From contig LJUY01000010.1 in assembly GCA_001304015.1 (NCBI GenBank), positions 14,840 through 78,839 of the forward strand: a stretch of 64,000 bases of DNA. Reading direction: 5' to 3'. Each line of letters starts with the position of its first letter. The stretch's first letter is position 1. The notes beneath the pieces are model-generated. The model made no database searches, had not been told where the DNA came from, and worked only from the letters and a program-made list of their open reading frames with translations. Positions 28,702 through 37,544 of this stretch are shown here, piece by piece. This DNA is from a candidate division Zixibacteria bacterium SM23_81 (GTDB taxonomy: Bacteria; SM23-81). A program made the position numbers and the translations under genes.

Positions 28702-29550
28702 CTATGGGGAACCTTCTTTTCTATCTGTACTGTTTGTACTGGGAAATTCATCTAATGTCGAATGCCTGTCTTTATAGAAGATTAAATGGCGTAGCTCCTT
28801 TTCAGCCCTTTCAATATTCCTGCGATAATGCTCCAACTGTGCTTTGAATGAAGACAGAGGAAAGGCTGCTTTATAACCGGCCGTCATTTGATTGTACCAA
28901 TCCCTGAGGATTTCCATGTCGGCTTCCCCATAGCACGGCGCGTTGGAGAGAATGGCTTCCAGTGGCAATTTGGGGGGCATCGGTGCAAAACCACCTTGTG
29001 AGTATCCAAATACCATGGTCATCAAGGGAAATACGCCATTGGGCAGCGACAATTTCTCTTTCAGATATTGGGCATCGAAATAACCACTCTTCCCAGTTTC
29101 TGAAAGCATCACCGATGAGACTTTTAAAGCTTCTGCGGCGATGTTCATATTCATGGCGGCGAGAGAGGCGTTAATTACCGCTGTCGTGTATTCTACCAAC
29201 GGAGAGTAAGGAAAGGTAGTGATAATCTGTTTTGTCCGGTTTATGTCGCCCAGTACGATCACAGCCCGGTTGCCTTTGAAGGGAATTTGTTGGCCAAAAT
29301 GCTGCTTCCAAGAACTATTGGTGAAGGCTATAAAATGCCAGGTCTGTAAATTCACCGTCGATGGAGCTAAACGACCGGCTTCGAGTATTGCTCCAAAAAC
29401 GTCATGGGGGATATCCTGATCTGAAAATCTCCTTATGCTGCGCCTATGGAGGATCATCTGCAATGGTTCATTCTCGCTCAAAGACTCAGGTATGTGAGGT
29501 TTTGCTCGAAGAATTTTGATGAGATTTTTAAAAAAATCGAGGGGATTCAT
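28702..29550 (-). CDS. Nitroreductase-family flavoprotein with ~90-aa C-terminal extension
   Basis: 282 aa. LHRRSIRRFSDQDIP...ILEAGRLAPSTVNLQTWHF is the nitroreductase N-terminal signature. Confidence 0.75.
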   Translation of the reverse strand: MNPLDFFKNLIKILRAKPHIPESLSENEPLQMILHRRSIRRFSDQDIPHDVFGAILEAGRLAPSTVNLQTWHFIAFTNSSWKQHFGQQIPFKGNRAVIVLGDINRTKQIITTFPYSPLVEYTTAVINASLAAMNMNIAAEALKVSSVMLSETGKSGYFDAQYLKEKLSLPNGVFPLMTMVFGYSQGGFAPMPPKLPLEAILSNAPCYGEADMEILRDWYNQMTAGYKAAFPLSSFKAQLEHYRRNIERAEKELRHLIFYKDRHSTLDEFPSTNSTDRKEGSP

Positions 29551-29570
29551 CTGTTGCTCGCAGTCACGTT

Positions 29571-30851
29571 TTATTTTTCATCCGACGTAGGATGAGATCC
29601 TGCTTCTAGCTCGGCTCTCGGGCTGTTCTTACCCTCCTGGAAGGCCACATTGACAAAACCGCCCAACTTGCGATACTCATCCAGACGACACGAATTTACC
29701 AAATGCCCTTCATAGACGGTCATATCAGGACAACTATCGCACATGTCGGCCTGACCGTCCGGCAGCACATCTGGAGCCTGGATGATGGCCACACTCTGCA
29801 AATATACTCTTCGAAAAACATGAAGTGGATTATGCAAAGCGCTTCTCAGAAATTTTCCAAATGCTTTTCGTATGCTTTTGTCGAAGAAAGCCGTGAGGAA
29901 GACAGCCTTGCTCGTTTTGGACAAATTTGGATATGCCACATAGGTGCCCCATAAAAGGTGATGAAAGGTCTGAGTCAACTCCATGGTTTTCTTCCCCACA
30001 GATCCATAAACCTCATTTTTAGAGGCCAGAAGAGCGGCAATAAACCACTTATAGGCATCATGCGAACCTGTCCCCCCGAGGTAACCAGAGGGTTCGTATT
30101 CCTCAAGCTCGTTTTTGATAATGGTGTAGATATCGGTAGACATGATGTCGATCTCTGAGAGCTTATCCGTGGTATATGAAAGTTTGTCTTGTACACGAAT
30201 CGTCTTATCTCCAACGACGTAATCTATCTTATCGCTTATGGGCACTCCCCGATAGGTGATAAATATGATGCCGTTTACGATGTCGATGTTTTCTATGGCC
30301 CACCGGAGTACCTCTGGTATATGCCTGAAATTGGAATAATAGATGGTGGAGTTGAAGCTGCAATATACGTCCTTTTCTTCGCTGACCATCTCGGCGTAGT
30401 ATTGTCGAAGCTCGTTTAATTCCGCCTCATTTTTCCCTTTCCACTTAGGCCTATCCTGAAGACAATCTATGTGTATGGTAAGCCCTGCTAATCCAGCTTT
30501 TTTCAGCTCTCTCAGTTTTTCTCTGCTGAGAGTGAGGGCATTTGTCAGAACAACGGGTTTCATGCCATTTTCGGCAGTAAATTCAACGACTTTCTCAATT
30601 TCCGGATAAATTAATGGCTCTCCTCCTGCAATGGAGATGTTATCGCAATTTCGCCATCTCTTGAAAAAGCGTATCTCCTCCTTTATCTCATCCAATGTTT
30701 TATGACCCGTCAGTCTTTGGCGATAACATCCCTTGCAATGCATATCGCAGATGTCAGTTACTTCGAGCCAGCCTATGGGATTATCGTTTTTGGACCACGG
30801 CAATCTGTAATAGTTTTTCTTAGGTGGGTAGATGCTCTCAAAATCCTTCAC
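29571..30851 (-). CDS. Radical SAM protein of unknown function
   Basis: 426 aa with a GTG start. CDMHCKGCY is the CxxxCxxC rSAM cluster motif, and SIAGGEPL is the SAM-binding GGE motif. An extra C-terminal Cys group is present (MCDSCPD...NSC). Confidence 0.8.
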   Translation of the reverse strand: MKDFESIYPPKKNYYRLPWSKNDNPIGWLEVTDICDMHCKGCYRQRLTGHKTLDEIKEEIRFFKRWRNCDNISIAGGEPLIYPEIEKVVEFTAENGMKPVVLTNALTLSREKLRELKKAGLAGLTIHIDCLQDRPKWKGKNEAELNELRQYYAEMVSEEKDVYCSFNSTIYYSNFRHIPEVLRWAIENIDIVNGIIFITYRGVPISDKIDYVVGDKTIRVQDKLSYTTDKLSEIDIMSTDIYTIIKNELEEYEPSGYLGGTGSHDAYKWFIAALLASKNEVYGSVGKKTMELTQTFHHLLWGTYVAYPNLSKTSKAVFLTAFFDKSIRKAFGKFLRSALHNPLHVFRRVYLQSVAIIQAPDVLPDGQADMCDSCPDMTVYEGHLVNSCRLDEYRKLGGFVNVAFQEGKNSPRAELEAGSHPTSDEK

Positions 30852-31064
30852 GTCTCTTCCCCATCAGTCGCAGAATCAAAGTACAAGGATTAATTCACAG
30901 CTCCAGTGATGAAGCAGTCGAGGCTGTTATCATGAAACAGATGAAGCGCCATCGCTCCCCCATGACTTTCCTCTGCAGCCCTTAGCTGCACAAGTCCAGG
31001 CGAGCTCTCCAAGGATATTGCATACCCATGATGCTGCCAAGCGCCTCATGCACTCTCTGTATCG

Positions 31065-32021
31065 TCATCCACCAGGTGGCAAGCTTTTCAGATACTTGAG
31101 ATAGTCGCTGTCGGTCGTCAAGATCAGCCAGGTGTTCTCATCAAGGGTGTTCTTGTAGATCTCTAAGGTTTTGACAAATGAATAAAACTCCGGGTCTTTC
31201 TTGAACGCATCCGCGTATATTTTGGTGGCCTCGGCGTCGGCCTGGCCCTTTATTTCCTGGGACTGGCGGTAGGCCTGGGACAGGATCGTCTTCAGCTGAA
31301 TTTCCTTGTCTCCCAAGATCTTCGATTTTTCCCCCTCTCCCTGGGATCGGTACTGAGCCGCCATCTGCAGTCGTTCGGCGATCATCCTCTCGAATACCCT
31401 CTCCCGCACGGTCTCCACGTAGTTGATGCGCTTGATCCGCACATCTACAAGCTCAATTCCCAGAGCTAAAGTTTTCTCCGCGGCATCTTCCAAGATAGCC
31501 CGGGTTATCTTCTCTCGACCCACCTCTATCTCCTCCACCTCTTTCTGCACCCGCACCTCCGCGCCCCCCGAACTCACCTGAGTGGTGTATATGGGCCGAT
31601 TAGAATTTCTCACCACCTCGATAAGTGCATTGTCGGCTATTCGGTTTCTCACAGCCCCCTCGATGATATTGTCCAGCTTTGCCTGGGCAATGCTCTCATT
31701 GCCCTCTACCGATTCCAAGAATTTTAAGGGGCTGATGATCCGCCACCGAGCGCAGGTGTCTACCCAAATGTACTTCTTATCCAGGGTGGGAATACGAGTA
31801 GGGCGACCATCCCATTGAAGAAGCCTCTTGTCAAAAAGGATCACCCGCTGTATGAATGGCCATTTGACCTTTAGCCCGGGTTCCTTCACTTCCCTGATGG
31901 GTTTGCCAAATTGCGTGATGATGGCCTGCTTGGTTTGATCAACGATAAAAAAGGCACTATTGATAATGATCAATCCGAAGATCACAACGACGATGAGCAA
32001 TATTACTTTGTTCGGTCTCAT
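31065..32021 (-). CDS. hflC: HflC
   Basis: 318 aa with an N-terminal TM helix and an SPFH domain (FIVDQTKQAIITQFGKPI...). It overlaps hflK by 4 nt. Confidence 0.85.
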   Translation of the reverse strand: MRPNKVILLIVVVIFGLIIINSAFFIVDQTKQAIITQFGKPIREVKEPGLKVKWPFIQRVILFDKRLLQWDGRPTRIPTLDKKYIWVDTCARWRIISPLKFLESVEGNESIAQAKLDNIIEGAVRNRIADNALIEVVRNSNRPIYTTQVSSGGAEVRVQKEVEEIEVGREKITRAILEDAAEKTLALGIELVDVRIKRINYVETVRERVFERMIAERLQMAAQYRSQGEGEKSKILGDKEIQLKTILSQAYRQSQEIKGQADAEATKIYADAFKKDPEFYSFVKTLEIYKNTLDENTWLILTTDSDYLKYLKSLPPGG

Positions 32022-33016
32022 TTGGCACCTCCAGCCTGAGGAGTAATTCCCAGGAGGGGCATCAAGCCCTTCACCCCATCGTCGATGATATATTTCTTCT
32101 CCAGTCTAGGAATCACCTCTTGAATGGTTTCCAGGTATAACCTCCTCTTGGTCACATCCTTAGCATTTCTGTATTCCCTCCACAGGGCCATGAACTTTTG
32201 GGCGTCACCTCTGGCCGTGTTGACCCTCTCCACCGCATACCCCTCCGCCTCTTTGATCATCTTCTCCGCCTCCCCCGAGGCCCGAGGCACCACCTCGTTA
32301 TACTCCCTTCTGGCTTCCTGAATGAGCTTGTCCTTGTCCTGCATGGCTGAGTTGACCTCGTCAAAGGCCGGCTTGACCTTGTCCGGAGGATTCACGTCCT
32401 GCAGGGCCACCAGGATGATCTGGATTCCCAACTCATACGCGTCCAGAACCGCTTGGAGCCGCTCCCTCACCTCCTCGGCGATGTCCATTTTGCCAAAGGT
32501 CAACACCTCGTCCACGCTGCCATCTCCCACGCTGAGCCTCATGGCCACCTCGGCGATGTCCCGAATGGTCTCCTCCGCTTCCCTGACGTTGAAGAGGTAA
32601 GCCTTGGGATCCTCAATTTTATATTGCACGATCCATTCGACGACCCCCACGTTCAGATCGCCTGTTAACATCAGGGATTCATCTGCATAGCCGGTCTTCC
32701 TGATCTGGGTTAGCACTCCGGGCTTGACGGTCCTGAAACCGAACTCCTGGGTGAAATTTCTCTTCACTTTGGGTTTCTTCAACGTCTCGATGCCAAAGGG
32801 CCATTTGAGATGCAGCCCTGGCTGGGTGGTACGGCTATAACGCCCAAAACGGCGAATGATTCCCACTTCGTCGGCACCAACTTTGTAAAAGGTGGTCACC
32901 AAAAAGATCAACCCCACCACGATGATGACAACGAATCCTATCGTCCTCTTGCTGATGGCGGGCATGTGGAACTCCTCCCCACCGAGCACGACACTGTTCC
33001 TTCCTCTAGAATCCAT
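32018..33016 (-). CDS. hflK: HflK
   Basis: 332 aa with a TM helix and an SPFH domain (YKVGADEVGIIRRFGRY...LHLKWPFGIE...EARREYNEVVPRASGEAEK). SD is GGAGGG. Confidence 0.85.
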   Translation of the reverse strand: MDSRGRNSVVLGGEEFHMPAISKRTIGFVVIIVVGLIFLVTTFYKVGADEVGIIRRFGRYSRTTQPGLHLKWPFGIETLKKPKVKRNFTQEFGFRTVKPGVLTQIRKTGYADESLMLTGDLNVGVVEWIVQYKIEDPKAYLFNVREAEETIRDIAEVAMRLSVGDGSVDEVLTFGKMDIAEEVRERLQAVLDAYELGIQIILVALQDVNPPDKVKPAFDEVNSAMQDKDKLIQEARREYNEVVPRASGEAEKMIKEAEGYAVERVNTARGDAQKFMALWREYRNAKDVTKRRLYLETIQEVIPRLEKKYIIDDGVKGLMPLLGITPQAGGAK

Positions 33017-33207
33017 GATTTTACCCTCCGTGGCTTCTTGTAAGTGCTTCTACTAAATTGCTTTACTCTAGGAAATGCCGAATTTCCTTTGAAAACTCAT
33101 GGGATCTCACCAGACTTTCAGCGCTCACCTCCTCAGCTGTCTCATCAAGAGACAGAAAGTGCCTCCCGTTATCGCTAAAAGGAGAAACCAAAAGTTTCCA
33201 CTTTAGC

Positions 33208-33235
33208 ATAATAGGGGGTCAAAAACAAAAGTCAA
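33208..33235 (-). promoter_or_regulatory. Candidate sigma70 promoter for hflKC
   Basis: Minus strand reads TTGACT (33230-33235), a 16-nt spacer, then TATTAT (33208-33213). This implies a ~190-nt leader. Confidence 0.4.
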
Positions 33236-33336
33236 GATAAATGTTGTCAAGCACCTTCTCCTGATCATTTAGATGCTTGCCCATGTCAACATCACAAAAG
33301 CCTTTTCAATAAACATCAACGCAACAGACCGCCTTG

Positions 33337-33369
33337 AAAAAAAATAGGCAGAGCCATGAAGACTCTGCC
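33337..33369 (-). terminator. Rho-independent terminator after the flavoprotein gene
   Basis: Minus strand: GGCAGAG / CTCTGCC stem (33347-33353 / 33363-33369), followed by a T-run of eight. Confidence 0.6.
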
Positions 33370-33393
33370 CAAAATCGACCTTAATCTCGGCCA

Positions 33394-33963
33394 TCAGCAA
33401 GCACCCACGATATCCTTGGCCATTTGCCTGGCCACTTCTATGGCTTTGTCTTTGAGGGCATCTGGTGTCGAGGAGAAGGGGATAATATATTTGCCGACGA
33501 GATCACATCGCACGTAATCGCCGATCCTCTCAAAAGCTACTTGGATGAGGTCGGCATTATTCTCGATGGGCCCGTCACAGGTGACCAGGAGCGCCAGCCG
33601 TTTGCCAGCTATCAGCGACTGGTAATCCGGACCACCGTATCCTGTTACTAAGCAAAAATGCCGATCGATAAATGCCTTCATCTGTGAGGTAAAACCCCAG
33701 GAGTAAAGCGGTGATGCATATATCAGTATATCAGAGTCCAGCATGCGCTCAAACAGCGCATTCGCCTCGTCATCTTGAACGCATCCCGGCTGATCGGTTA
33801 TTTTCTTACAGGCACCACATCCCAGGCATCCCCTCACCTGGAAGTCCGCGATGTCGATTCGGTCAACCTTATGCCCCTGGGCAAGGAGCTTCTCGAGAAG
33901 ACCAAGCACTTTTGCCGTATTTCCATTTTTCCTTGGGCTTCCCAGGATGGTCGTCACTTTCAT
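33394..33963 (-). CDS. Iron-sulfur flavoprotein-like NAD(P)H-dependent FMN reductase
   Basis: 189 aa. The flavodoxin-like N-terminus reads MKVTTILGSPRKNGNT. A compact Cys motif CLGCGAC-x8-C is present. Confidence 0.7.
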   Translation of the reverse strand: MKVTTILGSPRKNGNTAKVLGLLEKLLAQGHKVDRIDIADFQVRGCLGCGACKKITDQPGCVQDDEANALFERMLDSDILIYASPLYSWGFTSQMKAFIDRHFCLVTGYGGPDYQSLIAGKRLALLVTCDGPIENNADLIQVAFERIGDYVRCDLVGKYIIPFSSTPDALKDKAIEVARQMAKDIVGAC

Positions 33964-34023
33964 AGGTATTCCTCCTTGTTTATCAATTGTATCATTAGCA
34001 AATCCTTTTCGTCAGTGCAGAAA

Positions 34024-34052
34024 AATATATGCTGATGAAGTCGTCTTGTCAA
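34024..34052 (-). promoter_or_regulatory. sigma70 promoter for the flavoprotein gene
   Basis: Minus strand reads TTGACA (34047-34052), a 17-nt spacer, then TATATT (34024-34029). Confidence 0.5.
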
Positions 34053-34125
34053 GCATCCAGGCATTGCCAAATGTGGCTGAGCGTGCCTCACCGGGATCTC
34101 GGGTTCCCGTTTCTCCCAAAACCGA

Positions 34126-34226
34126 CAAAAAAAAGCGGGTGCCCAAGCATGGGTTCCAGAGGTGCTAGAATTACTCTCTCGGCTCGCGTAGCAGAGAAAG
34201 CCACCTCTCACATTTCGGCACCCGCT
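34126..34226 (-). terminator. Compound long-stem terminator
   Basis: AGCGGGTGCC (34134-34143) pairs with GGCACCCGCT (34217-34226) as a 10-bp closing stem around nested helices (GAGGTG/CACCTC). On the minus strand the structure is followed by eight or nine T. Confidence 0.45.
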
Positions 34227-34250
34227 TAAAAAGAAGCCTTCTTTATGAAA

Positions 34251-36290
34251 TTACTTTGCGTTCATCAAAGCTCGGTCGAACTCTCCCACCGGATCGGAAT
34301 CGTCCGACTCTTTGGTGACGGAGACGGCAGTCACCGAGTAGTAATAATGGGTCCCGGTGTCGCCCACCACTCCAGTGGTGTCCAAATAGAAGAGATCCTC
34401 GGTGGAATCGATCAAGGTGCTACCCGCATCCTGGGCGGTGGTATCTCGATAGATACGATAGCGATCCACCCATACGGGATGATCATTCAAATTCAAGGTC
34501 ACCGCCGACCACTCGAGAGAGATATCGCCGCTGCTGGACTTGGAGCTGCCGTCCGAAAGAGTGGCCGACAGATCATCAACAGCCTTAGGGATCACGTCCA
34601 GAAAGTACCCGAAAAGGTCCGCGGGTCTCACCTGCGGATTGCCCACGGAATAGTTGTCGTCGTCGACGATATGGACCCTGTTGACAAATGGTGGTAGATC
34701 ATTGTCCTCGGCGCCGTTGCCGTACTTGTAGTCCACCCACTTGTTGGACCCCAGGGGGAAAGTGACGGTGATGGTCCAGATGCTATCCCCTGCGGTGGCA
34801 TCGCCGTTGAGACCCTCATCGTTAAGGGTATCCGGATTCGTCGGCAGGAAGTCCCAGGTGAGCGGAGAGACGCTACCCACGATGATCAGTGGGCTCTTCA
34901 CCGTATCCACCATGCTCATGTCCACGCTGAAGACGACTGCCACAGCCTGTTCGGTCAGCTCAATGGGTGTGTAGGTAAGCTTTTGATCCGTGGTGTCGGT
35001 CACCTGGAACTGCCAGTTGCCATCGATCCAGATCCCACCCGTGTCGGTGACACCCCACTGCCATGTGTTGGCTCCATTGTCTGTCACCAAATCAAGGATG
35101 TGCGTCCAGATGTGGTCTCCGGGGGTCTCATCCCCGTTGCTTCCATCGTCGTACATGTCGTAGAGGAAACCCATGCCCCAGGATGGATCGTAGGCGTGAT
35201 AGGTGTTGGTATCCCAGCTCCCCTTGAACTTGTAGCCGGGTGCATAGAGGGTATCCATGGTGTCGATAACGCAGAAGCTCACCTGTGCGATGCCGAATCC
35301 GATGAAGCTGGCATCATCGGCGGTGGGGTCCATACCATTACCCCCCAGGTCCTTCACATTTGAGCTAACCGTCACGGTATAGGAAACGCCATAAGTTTGG
35401 CTGCTGGTTGTTAACAGCACCTGGTCGGTGGCTAGAGACTCGGCAGCCGATACCACCAGACCATCAGTAATGGAGTAATTGGCGGGATTATAAGCCGATG
35501 TGTCCATGGCCTCGCTGAAAGTCACACTCACATGGGTCCAGTCCGTGGCGACAGCACCTTCCACCCGCGGCTTAGTTGTATCCGCTCCCACGGATCGGTG
35601 AACCAGGGTGGAGAGGGCGATCTTGGCCGTGTCGGCCCAATCGCCCGCCACGCCGTTCCAATCGTCGGACGGGTCGTTAGATGTGTCCCTGGCGTTGTCG
35701 CTGCTTCCACCTCCGGTACTCCATACCTCACACCACAGGGAGTCTGGGTTGCCGATTCTCGACCTGGCTATCTTCCACTCCAAACCCGAGGTGTCCCCCG
35801 CGCTCAGGGCTGCGCCATCTAAGCCATTAAACATAGCCCAACTACCTGCACTGTCGCTATACCCCCAAAACTGCGTGTGGTCGGTGCCATAGGGGGGGCT
35901 GTCCACCCAGCTGTATAGGCCGTACTCAGGCAAATGCGTGGCTATGCCGCGGACGCTGCGGGTCCAGGCGTCGGAGGTGGCTCCTAAGCTGCTATCTCCG
36001 TTCGTGTCCAGATAGATGACGTACTTGCCCCAGTTGGTGGTCGCGATGTCGTCGTCAATGGTGAAGCAGAAGTACCAGTAGGAACCGTCATTACACACAT
36101 ATAGATTGAGCAGGTCCATGTTGTCGTTGCCGGCTCCATCCGTATCGGGGTCGGCAGCCTCAAAGGTCCCATAAATGGCATCGGGAATTCCATCCATGAT
36201 GGGCGAGCCAAAACCCTCAGACCATGCCCCCGAGGTCCAAACCAGTGAGCAGGCCACCAGCATCACCATAGACAAAATGATCCTTTTCAT
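34251..36290 (-). CDS. Secreted multidomain surface protein (SbsA-Ig-like, carbohydrate-binding-like and C-terminal FN3-like modules)
   Basis: Starts at ATG 36290 (AGGAGGAG SD) with signal peptide MKRIILSMVMLVACSLVWTSGAWS. Contains a TTKPRV...VSVTFSEAMD...YTVTVSS Ig-like module and DDG.NGD..(A/P)GD.IWT modules. The tail reads ...YYYSVTAVSVTKESDDSDPVGEFDRALMNAK. Confidence 0.7.
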   Translation of the reverse strand: MKRIILSMVMLVACSLVWTSGAWSEGFGSPIMDGIPDAIYGTFEAADPDTDGAGNDNMDLLNLYVCNDGSYWYFCFTIDDDIATTNWGKYVIYLDTNGDSSLGATSDAWTRSVRGIATHLPEYGLYSWVDSPPYGTDHTQFWGYSDSAGSWAMFNGLDGAALSAGDTSGLEWKIARSRIGNPDSLWCEVWSTGGGSSDNARDTSNDPSDDWNGVAGDWADTAKIALSTLVHRSVGADTTKPRVEGAVATDWTHVSVTFSEAMDTSAYNPANYSITDGLVVSAAESLATDQVLLTTSSQTYGVSYTVTVSSNVKDLGGNGMDPTADDASFIGFGIAQVSFCVIDTMDTLYAPGYKFKGSWDTNTYHAYDPSWGMGFLYDMYDDGSNGDETPGDHIWTHILDLVTDNGANTWQWGVTDTGGIWIDGNWQFQVTDTTDQKLTYTPIELTEQAVAVVFSVDMSMVDTVKSPLIIVGSVSPLTWDFLPTNPDTLNDEGLNGDATAGDSIWTITVTFPLGSNKWVDYKYGNGAEDNDLPPFVNRVHIVDDDNYSVGNPQVRPADLFGYFLDVIPKAVDDLSATLSDGSSKSSSGDISLEWSAVTLNLNDHPVWVDRYRIYRDTTAQDAGSTLIDSTEDLFYLDTTGVVGDTGTHYYYSVTAVSVTKESDDSDPVGEFDRALMNAK

Positions 36291-36356
36291 CTCTCCTCCT
36301 TTCTGTCCCTGAGCCAATACCCAAGGAATGAAAAAGGTCACTTTCGGTATATTTTT

Positions 36357-36385
36357 ATTCTACCAGATGAATATCCTTGTGTCAA
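36357..36385 (-). promoter_or_regulatory. sigma70 promoter for 34251..36290
   Basis: Minus strand reads TTGACA (36380-36385), a 17-nt spacer, then TAGAAT (36357-36362). Confidence 0.5.
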
Positions 36386-37278
36386 GAAATTTTTTTAAAA
36401 AATACCCGGCCCAGCAGTTTCCTTTGCATAACCTAAAAGAACAAAATCTTTACAATATAATCTCTGCCTTCTAATTTCGTGGTTACAAAAAGATCGCCAG
36501 AGCCACAGAATGCCATCCCTATGTTGCCTCGAATCTTCATTATTCACTCAGCTGTTAATTTCCGTCCGACATCACAGAGACATCACGTTACGAGGCTTCT
36601 CTGGTCCTGATGGGATAGAGGCAAAGAAGAATCCATGTTCTTATGGGGATTTGAAAAGGTCATAAAGGGCAGAGGCACATATGGTTTCCTCTTATTCTTT
36701 TAACTCGATTATGGCCCAGTGATCATTGAATCAACAGGAGGGAGCGAGCCTCATCGCCTGGTCGATGGTCATAGTCTCATTATATGATCCGGCTACGGTG
36801 ATCACAGTTCCCCTTGATAGCACTTTGGAACTCCTCCGTATAGCGCGCATCGAAGGGTCAGAAGATAGTGCCATCTTCATCGACAATGAGATGACCTTTA
36901 TCGACATAAACGACATTCAGGCCTGGGAGGGTCTTAATGGCATTTCCCAGATCATAATTCTCAAAACCGTTTCCTATACTCCCCGTACCAGGTGGCTCAC
37001 ATCCCCAGAGTTATGGACTCCGACTGCCACCGTCGAAGTTAAAATGCTAACTGGTGCCCCGGAGTTACCTTCCTTTGTACCAATAAAGGTACTCGATCAT
37101 GACATCTGAGGACCCCGATATCCTCACCAGAAAGTCGCCCGAACTCGGGTGGATTGCATACACCAGGCTCCCCTGAATGCCACAGAGAATGGATTTCTAC
37201 GGCATCGTGTCCCGTCGTTCCACAGTGTAGCTTTTGCAAAGGGCACGTGTTCAAGGACACAACAGTTCTGTTAAACCT

Positions 37279-37306
37279 TTGAACACTCAAGATTCCCACA
37301 TAATAT
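37279..37306 (+). promoter_or_regulatory. Candidate sigma70 promoter for the plus-strand envelope operon
   Basis: TTGAAC (37279-37284), a 16-nt spacer, then TAATAT (37301-37306). This would give a ~230-nt leader. Confidence 0.3.
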
Positions 37307-37544
37307 TAGGACGAGCGGGATCAGTTTTCCTAATTTGTTCCGAATTAGTTTTTACTCAATAGGTTTCGGCGACCTAGCAAATTTGAAGCAACCATCGGCA
37401 GCCCCTATGGCATACATTTTGCCGATATCCATCAATTAGGTGAAGCATCGAAACGGGAAATCAGGAAAAATTCCCGATATCGTGAAGCCACGCGGCAAGC
37501 CTCGTGGCTTAAAAAATAAGAGGTCCAATCTAGCGAGGTGGGTA

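Noticed and set aside
36726-37109. 127-aa plus-strand ORF (TTG start) in the divergent region.
   Set aside because: It has no SD, no signal peptide or recognisable motif, and an unusual start codon. I cannot support it as a gene, so it is discussed only as part of the unexplained region.
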